Source of the DNA: Thermoproteota archaeon
GTDB taxonomy: Archaea; Thermoproteota; Thermoprotei; Gearchaeales; Gearchaeaceae
Direction: 5' to 3'
NCBI GenBank assembly: GCA_032249315.1
Contig: JAVVGB010000003.1
Location: 19,099-51,098 of the forward strand
DNA: 32,000 nt
Made by a program: the position numbers and the translations under genes. Below the pieces are notes generated by a model. That model had not been told where the DNA came from. It did no database searches and saw only the letters and a program-made list of their open reading frames with translations. Positions 17,602-28,734 of the stretch are shown here, piece by piece; the stretch's first letter is position 1; the number at the start of each line of letters is the position of its first letter.

Positions 17602-17671
17602 TAATTTCCCGGCAATATTATTAATAATAGAAATATAAAATAAATCTAAATATAAATGCAAACCATAAAAC

Positions 17672-17980
17672 TTACTTTATATTTATTGAAATTTTTACGT
17701 TAGGAGGTAATTTTATTCTTGCTAACTGTCTTACCATATATTCTGTAGCAAGCACATCAATTACTCTTTTATGAATTCTTAATTCCCATCGATCAAAGGT
17801 ATGAGTACCGTCTCCACAAGGGGTTTTTCTAGTAACAACTTTTAACCTCTTTGTCGGTAACGGTATCGGTCCAGCTATTCTTGCATTCAAACTATCTGCT
17901 AGCTCTTTTATTTCTTTAGCTACTCTTTCTAATTCTTCCACATTTGTGGCTGTCAAAAAAATTCTTGCTATTCTAGGCAT
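17672..17980 (-). CDS. rps10: 30S ribosomal protein S10 (uS10)
   Basis: ARIAGPIPLPTKRLKVVTRKTPCGDGTHTFDRWELRIHKRVIDV. Confidence 0.96.
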   Translation of the reverse strand: MPRIARIFLTATNVEELERVAKEIKELADSLNARIAGPIPLPTKRLKVVTRKTPCGDGTHTFDRWELRIHKRVIDVLATEYMVRQLARIKLPPNVKISINIK

Positions 17981-19281
17981 TAAATTTTAGCCGGCTCAAC
18001 GTCCAATACTACTCCTGCAGCTATTGTTCTACCCATATCACGTATAGCAAATCTGCCTAAAGCTGGAAATTCAGAATATTTCTCAACTATTACTGGTCTA
18101 ATAGGTCTTAGTTTAACTATAGCTGCGTCTCCTTGTTTTATAAATTTAGGATTTTCTTCTATCGTTGCGCCTGTCCTTATATCCAGTTTCTTTTGTATTT
18201 CTTCAAATTTTGTAGCTACTGTAGCTGTATGAATATGCATTACAGGAGTATAGCCTACTGCAATAGATGTTGGGTGGTAAATTACAAAAATTCTTGCTAT
18301 AAAGGAATTTGCTACTGTAGGAGGATTGCTAACATGACCTACTACATCTCCTCTTTTTACATCTTCTTTAGCTATTCCTTTAATGTTAAAGCCTATGTTA
18401 TCGCCAGGTAACGCTTCTTGAATTGGTGTATGATGAGTTTCTATTGATCTAACCTCACCTTTCTTACCTGAAGGCATCACAACAACAGTATCTCCAACTC
18501 TTAATCTGCCACTTTCAACTTTACCTACAGGAACTGTACCAACCCCTGTTATTGAATACACTGCTTCTATAGGAATTCTTAAAGGTTTATCTACAGGTCT
18601 TGGAGGGATTATAAATTCATCTAATGCTTCGACTAGAGTAGGGCCTGTATACCATGGCGTATTTTTACTTCTTTCTATTAAGTTATCACCGTACCATGCA
18701 GATATTGGAACAACCCTAATTTTATCAACAGGATAACCTAATTGTTTTAGTAAATCTAAAATTCCTTTTTTAACTTCCTCATACCTTTCTTTACTATAAT
18801 TTACTGAAGGATCGTCCATTTTATTAATTGCAATTACTAATTGGTTCACGCCCATAGTTCTTAAAAGGAAAGCATGTTCTCTTGTTTGTCCGGTTGCTCC
18901 TATGCCTGCTTCAAATTCTCCTTTTTTAGCTGAAACAACCAATATTGCTGCATCTGCTTGAGAAGCTCCGGTAACCATATTTTTAACGAAATCTCTATGC
19001 CCTGGAGCGTCTATGATCGTAAAGAAGTATTTCTTTGTTTCAAATTTTAAGAAAGTTAAATCGATCGTCATATCTCTTTCTCTTTCCTCTTTATAAGTAT
19101 CGAGTATCCATGCATATTTAGCAAATTCTTTACCTCTTTTCTTTGCTTCTTCTTCAATCTCTTTTAACTTTTTTTGGTCTACAACACCTAGTTCATATAA
19201 AAGATGACCTGTAGTAGTACTTTTACCATGGTCTACGTGTCCTGCCACTATTAAATTAAGATGCGGTTTCTTTTCCGACAT
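17980..19281 (-). CDS. tuf: Translation elongation factor 1-alpha (aEF1A)
   Basis: NLIVAGHVDHGKSTTTGHLLY, ERERDMTIDLTFLKFET, DAPGHRDFVKNM, NKMDD. Confidence 0.98.
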   Translation of the reverse strand: MSEKKPHLNLIVAGHVDHGKSTTTGHLLYELGVVDQKKLKEIEEEAKKRGKEFAKYAWILDTYKEERERDMTIDLTFLKFETKKYFFTIIDAPGHRDFVKNMVTGASQADAAILVVSAKKGEFEAGIGATGQTREHAFLLRTMGVNQLVIAINKMDDPSVNYSKERYEEVKKGILDLLKQLGYPVDKIRVVPISAWYGDNLIERSKNTPWYTGPTLVEALDEFIIPPRPVDKPLRIPIEAVYSITGVGTVPVGKVESGRLRVGDTVVVMPSGKKGEVRSIETHHTPIQEALPGDNIGFNIKGIAKEDVKRGDVVGHVSNPPTVANSFIARIFVIYHPTSIAVGYTPVMHIHTATVATKFEEIQKKLDIRTGATIEENPKFIKQGDAAIVKLRPIRPVIVEKYSEFPALGRFAIRDMGRTIAAGVVLDVEPAKI

Positions 19282-19330
19282 ATGAACTTAGAAAAATATT
19301 ATGTTTTTAGATTTATAAATATTTTTAGTT

Positions 19331-19909
19331 TTATCTTGATGATAACGCTATCCTTTCTACTTCTTCTTTTTTCTTTATAGCATAAGATTCAGGACTATTT
19401 TGAGCTGCTAATATTATTTCATCAGCTAAACTTTCTTCTATAGGTTTTGGTTTGTTAAACGAAGATAAACGTGCTCCTTCACAAATCCATCTTAACGCCA
19501 AATCTACTCTTCTTTGTGGAGCGACATCTACAGCAACATGATATACAATACCACCAAGTAATATTCTTGTTGTTGCTTCTCTTGGAGCTACATTTTCTAT
19601 AGCATTAACTAATACTTGTATTGGATTCATTTTTGTTTTTAATTCAATTATAGTAAAAGCTTTTCTGACAATATTTAAAGCTTTGATTTTTTTACCTTGA
19701 TTTCTACCTTTCTTCATTAAATGATTTGCCAATCTTTCATAAATAGGCATATTTGACTTACCAAATCTTTTATTTGCATATATTCCACTTGTGGTAGGTG
19801 CATGTAAAGCAGACAAATTAATATATTTTACTAAACTGATATCATTAACTTTTACGTCTTTAGTACTCCATTTATTAAATACTAAAATTTCTTTTTGAGC
19901 TAATACCAT
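19331..19909 (-). CDS. rps7: 30S ribosomal protein S7 (uS7)
   Basis: [35 protein letters not shown]; [14 protein letters not shown]; [18 protein letters not shown]. Confidence 0.96.
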   Translation of the reverse strand: MVLAQKEILVFNKWSTKDVKVNDISLVKYINLSALHAPTTSGIYANKRFGKSNMPIYERLANHLMKKGRNQGKKIKALNIVRKAFTIIELKTKMNPIQVLVNAIENVAPREATTRILLGGIVYHVAVDVAPQRRVDLALRWICEGARLSSFNKPKPIEESLADEIILAAQNSPESYAIKKKEEVERIALSSR

Positions 19910-19911
19910 TT

Positions 19912-20352
19912 TTATCTTTGTGGTTTTTGTTTTTTACCCTTTAAAATTTCGCTTAACGCAACACCATTTACTTTTACCACTTTCCATCTTACACCAGGTA
20001 AGTCACCGTAAGCTCTTCCTTGAGGGCCTCCAATACCCTCTACAATAACCTCATCATGTTCACTAATTATATTCAAAGCTCCATCCTTAGGTACAAAAGC
20101 TGTTATTTGCTTTCCGTTTTTTACAAGTTGTACTCTTACACATTTTCTTACAGCTGAATTTGGTTGTCTTGATTCTACTCCTACTTTCTCAATAACTATA
20201 CCTCTTGCTTGCGGAGCACCCTCCAAAGGATCATACTTTTCTTTTAATCTTAGCAATCTTCTTTTATATTCTATCTTACTCCATCTAAATTTTTGCCTTT
20301 TTTTCCTTAATTTCCTAGCAGCAAATAAACCTAATGGAGATTTTTTACCCAT
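19912..20352 (-). CDS. rps12: 30S ribosomal protein S12 (uS12)
   Basis: [52 protein letters not shown]. Confidence 0.97.
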   Translation of the reverse strand: MGKKSPLGLFAARKLRKKRQKFRWSKIEYKRRLLRLKEKYDPLEGAPQARGIVIEKVGVESRQPNSAVRKCVRVQLVKNGKQITAFVPKDGALNIISEHDEVIVEGIGGPQGRAYGDLPGVRWKVVKVNGVALSEILKGKKQKPQR

Positions 20353-20384
20353 GATAAAGATAATATAAGTTAATATTTTTAAAT

Positions 20385-20822
20385 TTAAACAACAATAACA
20401 TTGCTTATTTCAAAATATCTTTTTGATATTATTCTGGCTCTTCCTACATTTTTACCCTTATATCCTATCACTTTAGCTTTAATCTCAGGATCAACATATA
20501 CTAATGCATATTTATTTCCTTTTGGATTGGTTATAATTTTTACATCTTGGATCTCAAAAGGAGAAAAACAACTTTTTATTAATTCTATAGGGTCTTCATA
20601 GTATGGAATTATTTCGGTATCTCTTTTAATTATTTTCTTTAATAATTGCACATTTTCTCCATTTTTACCTATTGCAAGGCCAACATATTTAGGTTCAACC
20701 AAAAAAATCACTCTATTAAAATTATCATCTATTATACAATCTTTAGCTTTAACAGAAGTTGTTAATTCAAAAATATTTAAAAACTCTAACTCAGTATTAG
20801 ACAAATTGATGCCTTCTTTCAT
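20385..20822 (-). CDS. nusA: NusA-like transcription/KH-domain protein (archaeal NusA)
   Basis: Two KH-like segments: [29 protein letters not shown] and [23 protein letters not shown]; position between S12 and L30e. Confidence 0.9.
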   Translation of the reverse strand: MKEGINLSNTELEFLNIFELTTSVKAKDCIIDDNFNRVIFLVEPKYVGLAIGKNGENVQLLKKIIKRDTEIIPYYEDPIELIKSCFSPFEIQDVKIITNPKGNKYALVYVDPEIKAKVIGYKGKNVGRARIISKRYFEISNVIVV

Positions 20823-20825
20823 ATT

Positions 20826-21137
20826 CTAAGTCTTAAATAATTCAAAAATATTAGATTCACCAGGAGAAATTATAGCTATTGAAGTTATCGGAAACTTTTT
20901 ACCACATAAATTACCCAATTCTATACTGCTACCATTAAAAATGTATACTGGTGTTTCAGCTAATTTTGCATAGTAGAGAATTTTTGAATATATTTCCTTA
21001 GGTATTTTAGAAGCTAATATTATTCCTAATACTTTTTTATGATAAAGGGCATCCAATACCTCTTTGAAACCATAATAACATTTTCCTGTTTTTAACAATA
21101 ATTTTAGTTCTTTTTCAAGATCCACCATGGCTTTCAA
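20826..21137 (-). CDS. rpl30e: 50S ribosomal protein L30e (eL30)
   Basis: [84 protein letters not shown]. Confidence 0.92.
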   Translation of the reverse strand: MKAMVDLEKELKLLLKTGKCYYGFKEVLDALYHKKVLGIILASKIPKEIYSKILYYAKLAETPVYIFNGSSIELGNLCGKKFPITSIAIISPGESNIFELFKT

Positions 21138-22332
21138 TTCCTACTAAATTAAGATATTTTTCTATATCTAAATAAGTTTTAATTATTGCAGTGCCTGTGG
21201 GAATATATTGACCAGCGATTATGTTTTCTGCTATTCCTTTAAGATTTTCATGCTCGCCACGAGCTGCAGCTTCAAATAGATGTTTAGTGGTTATTTCGAA
21301 AGCAGCTTTTGCTAATGGGCTACTTTTAATACCTACCACTCCGTGTCTACCTATCTGTCTAATTTTACCTGTTCTTGTAATCATATCAGCTAAAAGCATT
21401 ATATGTTTAACATTTACATCAAGAGCTTGTTCTTCAAGTAATTTCATCGATTCTTTTATAATGAGGTTCCGAGCTGCTTCTATTCCTAATATACTATAAA
21501 CTTCAAAAATGTCATTAGTATAAACCCTCCTCTTATCTACTTCCTCAATACTTAAGATTTCCTTTAAGTTTGATCCTTCAGCTTCTATTATATATTCTTC
21601 TTTGCCATCTTCAAGCGTAATTTTTCTAACCATAGTTCGTCTTATCTTAGGCACACCTTTTAACCTTATTTTTAAAATTTTTTCCCTTAGCTTATATAAT
21701 TGTGATACATTTAACGGTTTTTTAGCTTTGATTTTAATCGCATTTAATTTTTTAGATAAATGTACATCTACACCTTTAATTTGATTAATAGCTTTTAGGA
21801 TTGTATCAAAAGAGATATTTCGTTCCTTTATTATATTAGGATTCAAATAAAGCGTGATCGTAGATTCTAAGATATCTGAATCATATTTTTCTATAAGATC
21901 ACCAACAAATAATTCTTCAATTTTCTTTGCTATTTCATAAGCTTTTTTAAAACTTTGGCAGTAAGGTTGTTTTAAGGGTATGCGCATAATAGGTGTAGAA
22001 GGCCTCTTTCTTGCATCAAAAATTTCAATTAAACGAGGTAAACCTAAAGTTACATTTAATTCTTTAACACCTACAAAGTGAAATGTACGTAAAGTCATTT
22101 GGGTACCTGGTTCTCCTATACTTTGGGCTGTTACTACACCTATGTTTTCTCCAGGATGGATCTGTGCCTTATTATAACTTTCTATTACTTTTTTAATTAT
22201 TCTTCTTACCACCTTATTCCTAAGCTTTTTATATTTTTTTAATTCATCTTTAAGTTTTTCTATAACATATTCGGAAATTCCTTCGTTCCTTAATTTTTTA
22301 ATATAATATTTAGACAGTTTCATTTTCCACAA
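21115..22332 (-). CDS. rpoA2: DNA-directed RNA polymerase subunit A''
   Basis: [30 protein letters not shown]; [34 protein letters not shown]. Confidence 0.97.
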   Translation of the reverse strand: MWKMKLSKYYIKKLRNEGISEYVIEKLKDELKKYKKLRNKVVRRIIKKVIESYNKAQIHPGENIGVVTAQSIGEPGTQMTLRTFHFVGVKELNVTLGLPRLIEIFDARKRPSTPIMRIPLKQPYCQSFKKAYEIAKKIEELFVGDLIEKYDSDILESTITLYLNPNIIKERNISFDTILKAINQIKGVDVHLSKKLNAIKIKAKKPLNVSQLYKLREKILKIRLKGVPKIRRTMVRKITLEDGKEEYIIEAEGSNLKEILSIEEVDKRRVYTNDIFEVYSILGIEAARNLIIKESMKLLEEQALDVNVKHIMLLADMITRTGKIRQIGRHGVVGIKSSPLAKAAFEITTKHLFEAAARGEHENLKGIAENIIAGQYIPTGTAIIKTYLDIEKYLNLVGIESHGGS

Positions 22333-24913
22333 CTTCTTTTACTATATCATTTACATCAATTGGATCATGCCAGACACTCATACTTGGATCTACACCATCT
22401 TCCCCATATAAAAATTGAATTATATTTCCTTCAGCATCTTTAACAGTTCCGTCATAATCTACATAAACATCTAATAACGCATTGATCAATCTTCGTTGCA
22501 TATACCCACTTTGGGAAGTTCTTACTGCAGTGTCCACCAAACCTTCTCTGCCAGAAACTGCATGAATGAAAAACTCTATTGGAGTTAGACCAATTTTATA
22601 ATTACTCTTTATAAAACCTTTTGCGAAAGCCCCTAAATCTCCTTTATTGAAATGAGCTAAAATTCTTCCTTCATATCCTCTTGACATTCTTTTACCTCTT
22701 AATGTTTGTTGTCCAATACAAACAGACATATGAATAAGATTTAGCATTTTACCCCTTGCTCCTGTTTTAGCGGTGATCAAGATAGAATTATCTTTGGAGA
22801 AATATTTTTCTGCAAATCTTCCTGCCTCATCTCTAGCTAAATTTAATTCATCTATTATTTTTTGTTCTAAAGTATCTTCCAATGTAGAACCAGGTTCTCT
22901 TTCCAATTTTCCTTTCTTATATAACTCTATATATTCATTAACTTTTTCAACATGTTTATTGATTATTTTTTCTATTTCTTTATATGCTTCTTTTGGCAAA
23001 TCTTCTTCATCAAGACCTATTGTAAAACCATAATGATCTAAGAAAAATACCAATGCCCAACCCAATTTATTTAAGAAATCTTTGGTTTTCTCAGGTCCAT
23101 ATTTTAAGTATATTTTATGTAATAGCGTCTTGGCTTTTTGATCTCCAATAGCATTATGATCAATAACTCCTTTCAATATTTTACCTTTTTTTATAACTAA
23201 ATCTTTGTCTTCTTCTCTAAAAGCTGCCAAACATTTTCCTTCATAATTTATCTCAGGTAAGAAAAATTCGAATATTTCCTTACCTAAATATTCATCCTTC
23301 ACCAATTTTTCTTTATACTCTGAATGAGCAAGTATAGAAGCTGTTAAGAATTTATTTAATTTTGTTTGTCTATTTGTTAACAAATATGAAGCTGTAATAT
23401 AATCATGTAAAGCGCCTATTATCATACCGCCATATCTAGGTGTTACCATTTGCTTTTCTACTTTCATTATTACTTCTAACTCACTTTTTGCTTCTTCGTC
23501 TTGAGGAACAAATAAATTCATTTCGTCACCATCAAAATCGGCATTATAGGGTGGACAAACTAAAGGATGAATTCTGAATGTTTTATATGGAAGAACTTTA
23601 ACACGATGTGCCATCATTGACATTCTATGCAGAGAAGGCTGTCTATTAAATATAACAAGATCTCCATCCTTTAAATGTCTCTCAACAATATAGTTTAAAG
23701 TAAGCTGTTGCGCTAATTGATTTCTGTCTTTTACAAAACGTAAATCTATTTGACGACCTTCTGGCGTTATAACATAATTTGCACCTGGATGAGCATCAGG
23801 ACCATTTATTACATATGTTTGAAGTTCCTTTAAATTCCAACTTGTAACTTTTACAGGTATAGTTAGCCTTTTAGCAATTTCATATGGTACACCTACTTCA
23901 TCGATACTTATATATGGATCTGGTGAAATCACAGTTCTTGCAGAAAAGTCGACTCTTTTACCTGAAAGGTTACCTCTGAATCTTCCCTCTTTACCCTTTA
24001 ACCTTTGGGCTAAGGTTTTTAATGGTCTACCTGATCTATGAATTGAAGGTGAAGCACCTGCTATTTCGTTATCGAAGTAGGTAGCTACATGAAACTGTAA
24101 AAGATTCCAATGTTCATCTATTATTAACTGTGGAGAGGCTGAGTCTATACTTTGTTTTAATTTTTCATTTGTCCTTACAATATCTCCAAGCTTATGGGTT
24201 AGGTCATCTTCGGATCTTTCACCTGTTTCCAAAGTAATGGATGGTCTAATAATTATTGGAGGAACAGGTAAAGAGAATAAAATGGTCGATTCAGGTCTTG
24301 AATAAGGCGGATCAAATCCCAATAGCCTAGCTTCCTCATCACTAATCTTCCTTAACCTTTCGTATATATCAAAAGGAGTTAATGGTCTAGGTATTTTTTC
24401 TCTTTCTTCGTAAAAATAATATGGCCTTTCAAATTTTATTTTAGGCTGAATAGATTTACAGTGAGGACATGTTTCAATTTGAGAAGCACGTTTTATTACT
24501 AAATTAATTATTAAATTTGCTAATAAAGTAAGATTCTGCTGCTTAAACTTATCTAGTAATTTTTTATATTTTTCGATTCTTGCATCATCTAATAACAGTC
24601 TATTACAATTAGCACACGTGGCTTGTAAAGAATTTAAAATATTCTTAGTAAAGCCAATATGAATAACTGGCCTTGCCAAATCTATTCTACCAAAATGTCC
24701 TGGGCATTGATCTATCTTACCACCACAAGTATCACAACTTTGACCTGGTTCTAAAGTTCCTAATTTTTTATCCATAAGACCAAAGGGTATGGGAGTCCAT
24801 TCTTCATCATAAGTATCAGGAACGGTAACAGCTACAACTGATAACCTTCTAATTTGTTCTTGTGAAAGTATTCCAAATTTGATACCACCAATAATATATT
24901 CTTCTATTTCCAT
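22310..24913 (-). CDS. rpoA1: DNA-directed RNA polymerase subunit A'
   Basis: Catalytic [50 protein letters not shown]; zinc motif [16 protein letters not shown]. Confidence 0.98.
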   Translation of the reverse strand: MEIEEYIIGGIKFGILSQEQIRRLSVVAVTVPDTYDEEWTPIPFGLMDKKLGTLEPGQSCDTCGGKIDQCPGHFGRIDLARPVIHIGFTKNILNSLQATCANCNRLLLDDARIEKYKKLLDKFKQQNLTLLANLIINLVIKRASQIETCPHCKSIQPKIKFERPYYFYEEREKIPRPLTPFDIYERLRKISDEEARLLGFDPPYSRPESTILFSLPVPPIIIRPSITLETGERSEDDLTHKLGDIVRTNEKLKQSIDSASPQLIIDEHWNLLQFHVATYFDNEIAGASPSIHRSGRPLKTLAQRLKGKEGRFRGNLSGKRVDFSARTVISPDPYISIDEVGVPYEIAKRLTIPVKVTSWNLKELQTYVINGPDAHPGANYVITPEGRQIDLRFVKDRNQLAQQLTLNYIVERHLKDGDLVIFNRQPSLHRMSMMAHRVKVLPYKTFRIHPLVCPPYNADFDGDEMNLFVPQDEEAKSELEVIMKVEKQMVTPRYGGMIIGALHDYITASYLLTNRQTKLNKFLTASILAHSEYKEKLVKDEYLGKEIFEFFLPEINYEGKCLAAFREEDKDLVIKKGKILKGVIDHNAIGDQKAKTLLHKIYLKYGPEKTKDFLNKLGWALVFFLDHYGFTIGLDEEDLPKEAYKEIEKIINKHVEKVNEYIELYKKGKLEREPGSTLEDTLEQKIIDELNLARDEAGRFAEKYFSKDNSILITAKTGARGKMLNLIHMSVCIGQQTLRGKRMSRGYEGRILAHFNKGDLGAFAKGFIKSNYKIGLTPIEFFIHAVSGREGLVDTAVRTSQSGYMQRRLINALLDVYVDYDGTVKDAEGNIIQFLYGEDGVDPSMSVWHDPIDVNDIVKEVVENETV

Positions 24914-27900
24914 TTTTTAACCACCTCTTCTACAATTATACGCGGCATAATGCACATGCTCATTAATTCTTGCAATAATAACTTAAACGCATAAGCTGTT
25001 TTAACTTTTGCCATATCATTATGCGGACCACAGAAATGACATGTCGTAACATTTCTTTTGAAATCAAAATAAGCTAAAGCATTGCATTTCTTACAAACAT
25101 AAATATACGTTGGATCAGATGCTTCGAGCAATCTATCTTTTAATGAAGCTGATGCACCGTGAGCAATTAAACAGTCTCTTTCCATTTCTCCAAAACGTAA
25201 CCCTCCTTCTCTTGCTCTACCTTCTGTAGGTTGTCTAGTAAGTATTTGAACAGGACCTCTTCCTCTTGCATGAATTTTATCACTCACCATATGATGCAGT
25301 TTCTGATAATAAACTATTCCAATAAAAATCTCTGCTATCATTTTCTCTCCAGTTAACCCGTTATACATGACCTCTTTACCTGTAGACTTAAAACCATATC
25401 TTTCCAACTCTTTTCTAATAAAATCTTCTTTAACATTTTCAAAAGGTGTACCATCTACTTGTTTAGCTGCTATTGCTGCATATTTACCTGCTATTGTTTC
25501 AAGTAATTGACCTACAGTCATTCTTGAAGGAATTGCATGCGGATTAATTATTAAATCAGGTATTATTCCGCTTTCAGTAAAAGGCATATCTTCTTGGTTT
25601 AAAAGTATACCTATTACTCCTTTTTGCCCATGCCTTGATGCAAATTTATCTCCAATTTCAGGTATTCTTTCATCCCTTACACGAACTCTAACCAAAACGT
25701 TACCTTCTATAGTATTACTTAGCAATACGGTATCTACAACTCCCTTTTCTTCATGTCTTAATGTCACAGAAGTATCTCTACGAGCTGCAGGACCAAACTC
25801 TTTAAATTCTTCAGCGAATCTGGGTGGGCTAGTTTTACCTATTAGAACATCTCCTCCTTTTACTTCCACTTCAGGCAATATTACACCATCATCTTCAAGT
25901 TTTGAATAAAATTCATGGGAATAATATCCTCTTACACCTGGCTGAGGTATTTCTATATGATCGCTTTCTCCTCCTGCATATCTATGCTCTTCTGCTTCAT
26001 ACAATCTCATAAACAATGACCTAGCCAAACCTCTATCTACAGCTGATTTGCTTATTATTACAGCATCTTGTATATTATAGCCTGTATAAGATAATACTGC
26101 AACAACCATATTTTGACCTGTAGGTCTCTTCTCTAATCCTATTAATTTTAACGGTTTAGTATAAACTAAAGGTACTTGTGGATAATAAAGTAGATGAAAA
26201 CGAGTATATGCTGTTCTATGAATATTTGATACCGGTAAACCTAATGCTTGCTTACCCATAGCTGCTTGAAAAGTATTCCTTGGAGAATGATTATGTTCAG
26301 CATATGGTATTATTGAGGCAACAACTCCAAATAATGTTGCTGGTGGAAATTCAGCATAATTATGTTCCTTTGTTATCGAATTAATATCTATACTAATATA
26401 GGCATTTTCTTCCTCTTCTGCATCAAGATATTCCACTGCATACCCAACAAGATCACTCCAGCTTAATTCTCCACGTTTTACCATTTCTACATATTGCTTT
26501 GTTAATTTTAGTTTTCCATTTTCTACTATTAGTAAAGGCCTTAATACTCGACCACCATCGGTATTAATGTATACCTCATTCCCAGCAGGCTTTTTATATA
26601 ATACAACATTTACCTCGAAACTAAGCTCAGCTTCTGAAAAAGGCGATTTCTTTCTTCTTAATTTTCTTAAATTATTAACTAATAATTCAGGATTTTTATG
26701 CTTCCCTACCAGCTCACCATCAACATAAACAGGAGTTAAATCTTCTCCTTTTTCTGTAGGAGGTAAAAGTCCTAATTTGCTTTTTAAAATTTCTTTTACC
26801 CTTTCAGCATGCCCTCCTACAGAAATCCTTGCAAGTAAAGCTAAATTTTTAACTAAACCACAATTAGGACCTTCAGGGGTCTCTATAGGACAAATCCTTC
26901 CCCATTGAGTAAAGTGCAAATCTCGAGCTTCAAAATGAGGCTGGGTTCTACTTAACGGTGAAACACATCTTCTTAAATGACTTAGTGTAGATAAATAATT
27001 TGTTCTATCAAGAAGTTGACTAACACCAGTTTTTCCTCCTACCCAATTTCCTGTTGCTAAAGCATATAGTATTTTTTCCGTTATTATATCAGTTCTTATT
27101 AAATTACTTAAATCAGCGAAAGCTGTTTTTTCACGAGTTTTTGAAAGCGTTTTTTCAATTTGATATTGTAAATCTTTAATAAATTGTTTAAACACGCTTC
27201 TAAATAATATAGCCAACAAATCTCCTGCAAGCTTTAATCTTTTATTTTTATAATGATCCTTATCATCTAATGGAACCAAACCTAAATATGCTTCTATTAC
27301 TTTTCTAGCCATTTGAGCTAAAAACTGAGCTTTAGCTAACCTTTTATCTTTAGTTGTTCCAAGATGAGGTAAAAAGTTTTTATCAAGAACATTTTCTGCA
27401 GCTTCTTTTCTTTTTTCTAAAGGTCTTCCGTGAGCTATTCTATTACCTATGTATTCTAACGCTTCATCCTCATTTCTAATTTTCTCAGCTTGGAATAATG
27501 AAACATAAAGTTCATTTACAATTTCAGGTTTTGTTGAGATAGCTTCTATAATTTCACTATCAGAAACTAAACCTAAAGCTCTTAACATTATCACCAATGG
27601 TATTTTAGCTGGGATGGCTGCGAATGAAACGTATAAAGAGCCGTCTCTGCGTCTCTCTACCAACATAGGTACTCTTTGACCTGGTGTTGCAGAAATGACT
27701 TTAGCTACATGTGTTGCAGAAGAACCTTTTTGAGCTGCTGTGACAATTATCCTATTTTCTGCCATATCTTCTTGTGCAATAAGCACTCTTTCGGAACCAT
27801 TAATGATAAAATAGCCTCCAGGATCTTCGGGATCTTCACCTAATGCTATTAATTCTTCTTTGCTAAGTTTAGAAAAATAACATATATCAGATTTAACCAT

Positions 27901-28293
27901 AACAGGCAGGTAACCAATTAAAAACTTACCTTTTTGCCTATTAATATGGTCCAATACTAATTCCATTTCAAGCATTAAGGGAGCTGAATAAGTTAAACCC
28001 CTAAGTCTACAGTCTGTGGGAGTAAGTTTAATTTCAAAACCTTTGGCTTCTTTAATTTTTGGTTCTTCAACAGTTATTTTACCTAAGATAATATAGCTTC
28101 CTTCCACAGCTTCTCTTTGTCCTGTTGTGGTTTTTATCATTATTTGAATAATTTTATTTTCATCGATAATCTGCTGTAGACCTTTTCTAATAAAATCGTT
28201 ATAAGAATCAAGATGTAATCTTGCTAAACCTTTTTCTTTTATAAAAGATTCTACTAGAACCCATAAATCTTCCCGTGTAATTTCCGTACTCAT
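24904..28293 (-). CDS. rpoB: DNA-directed RNA polymerase subunit B (unsplit, 1129 aa)
   Basis: [19 protein letters not shown]; [15 protein letters not shown]; [32 protein letters not shown]; C-terminal zinc motif [22 protein letters not shown]. Confidence 0.98.
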   Translation of the reverse strand: MSTEITREDLWVLVESFIKEKGLARLHLDSYNDFIRKGLQQIIDENKIIQIMIKTTTGQREAVEGSYIILGKITVEEPKIKEAKGFEIKLTPTDCRLRGLTYSAPLMLEMELVLDHINRQKGKFLIGYLPVMVKSDICYFSKLSKEELIALGEDPEDPGGYFIINGSERVLIAQEDMAENRIIVTAAQKGSSATHVAKVISATPGQRVPMLVERRRDGSLYVSFAAIPAKIPLVIMLRALGLVSDSEIIEAISTKPEIVNELYVSLFQAEKIRNEDEALEYIGNRIAHGRPLEKRKEAAENVLDKNFLPHLGTTKDKRLAKAQFLAQMARKVIEAYLGLVPLDDKDHYKNKRLKLAGDLLAILFRSVFKQFIKDLQYQIEKTLSKTREKTAFADLSNLIRTDIITEKILYALATGNWVGGKTGVSQLLDRTNYLSTLSHLRRCVSPLSRTQPHFEARDLHFTQWGRICPIETPEGPNCGLVKNLALLARISVGGHAERVKEILKSKLGLLPPTEKGEDLTPVYVDGELVGKHKNPELLVNNLRKLRRKKSPFSEAELSFEVNVVLYKKPAGNEVYINTDGGRVLRPLLIVENGKLKLTKQYVEMVKRGELSWSDLVGYAVEYLDAEEEENAYISIDINSITKEHNYAEFPPATLFGVVASIIPYAEHNHSPRNTFQAAMGKQALGLPVSNIHRTAYTRFHLLYYPQVPLVYTKPLKLIGLEKRPTGQNMVVAVLSYTGYNIQDAVIISKSAVDRGLARSLFMRLYEAEEHRYAGGESDHIEIPQPGVRGYYSHEFYSKLEDDGVILPEVEVKGGDVLIGKTSPPRFAEEFKEFGPAARRDTSVTLRHEEKGVVDTVLLSNTIEGNVLVRVRVRDERIPEIGDKFASRHGQKGVIGILLNQEDMPFTESGIIPDLIINPHAIPSRMTVGQLLETIAGKYAAIAAKQVDGTPFENVKEDFIRKELERYGFKSTGKEVMYNGLTGEKMIAEIFIGIVYYQKLHHMVSDKIHARGRGPVQILTRQPTEGRAREGGLRFGEMERDCLIAHGASASLKDRLLEASDPTYIYVCKKCNALAYFDFKRNVTTCHFCGPHNDMAKVKTAYAFKLLLQELMSMCIMPRIIVEEVVKKWK

Positions 28294-28550
28294 GCTTCCC
28301 TCACCTTAATAGGTACAACATATCGATAAGCTACAGTTTTGCCTGCAGTAGGACTTTTTCTTATTATCATTATTACATCTCCTGGTTTAGCACCTATTCT
28401 TTTACAAACAGGATCCGATACTAATATCCATGGTAATTGATGGGGTTTAATGTTTAATTCCTTTAAAAGTTTTATTTTCTCTTTTTTGCTAAGTATAATA
28501 TGTTCTGGAACTAACTCATGCTCTAGAATATCAAAATTCTTCTTCCCCAT
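28290..28550 (-). CDS. rpoH: DNA-directed RNA polymerase subunit H
   Basis: [71 protein letters not shown]. Confidence 0.95.
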   Translation of the reverse strand: MGKKNFDILEHELVPEHIILSKKEKIKLLKELNIKPHQLPWILVSDPVCKRIGAKPGDVIMIIRKSPTAGKTVAYRYVVPIKVREA

Positions 28551-28580
28551 TAATAATTGACTAATAAATATATATTAACT

Positions 28581-28590
28581 AATATAAAAA
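28581..28590 (-). promoter_or_regulatory. Possible TATA box (TTTTTATATT) for the rpoH-rpoB-... transcript
   Basis: AT-rich TATA-like element preceded by GAAA about 30 nt upstream of the rpoH ATG; implies a very short leader. Confidence 0.4.
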
Positions 28591-28655
28591 ATTTCACCAC
28601 TGAAAAATTATTTATTTAAAGTAAATAAGAAAAATAAAATAATATAAGGTTTAAA

Positions 28656-28729
28656 GGGCGCGTAGCTCAGCCAGGAAGAGTATTGGGCTTTTAACCCAAG
28701 GGTCGCGGGTTCGAATCCCGCCGCGCCCG
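28656..28729 (+). tRNA. tRNA-Lys(UUU), 74 nt, no intron
   Basis: Acceptor GGGCGCG/CGCGCCC + G, anticodon arm TTGGG-CTTTTAA-CCCAA, T arm GCGGGTTCGAATCCCGC. Confidence 0.96.
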
Positions 28730-28734
28730 TATTA

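Noticed and set aside
17505-17613. tRNA-Ser(UGA) using the outer GCCGGGA (17607-17613) with a 24-nt intron
   Set aside because: It can pair, but it leaves A at the conserved U8 position; the inner copy gives U8-A9 and 85 nt. Kept only as an alternative.
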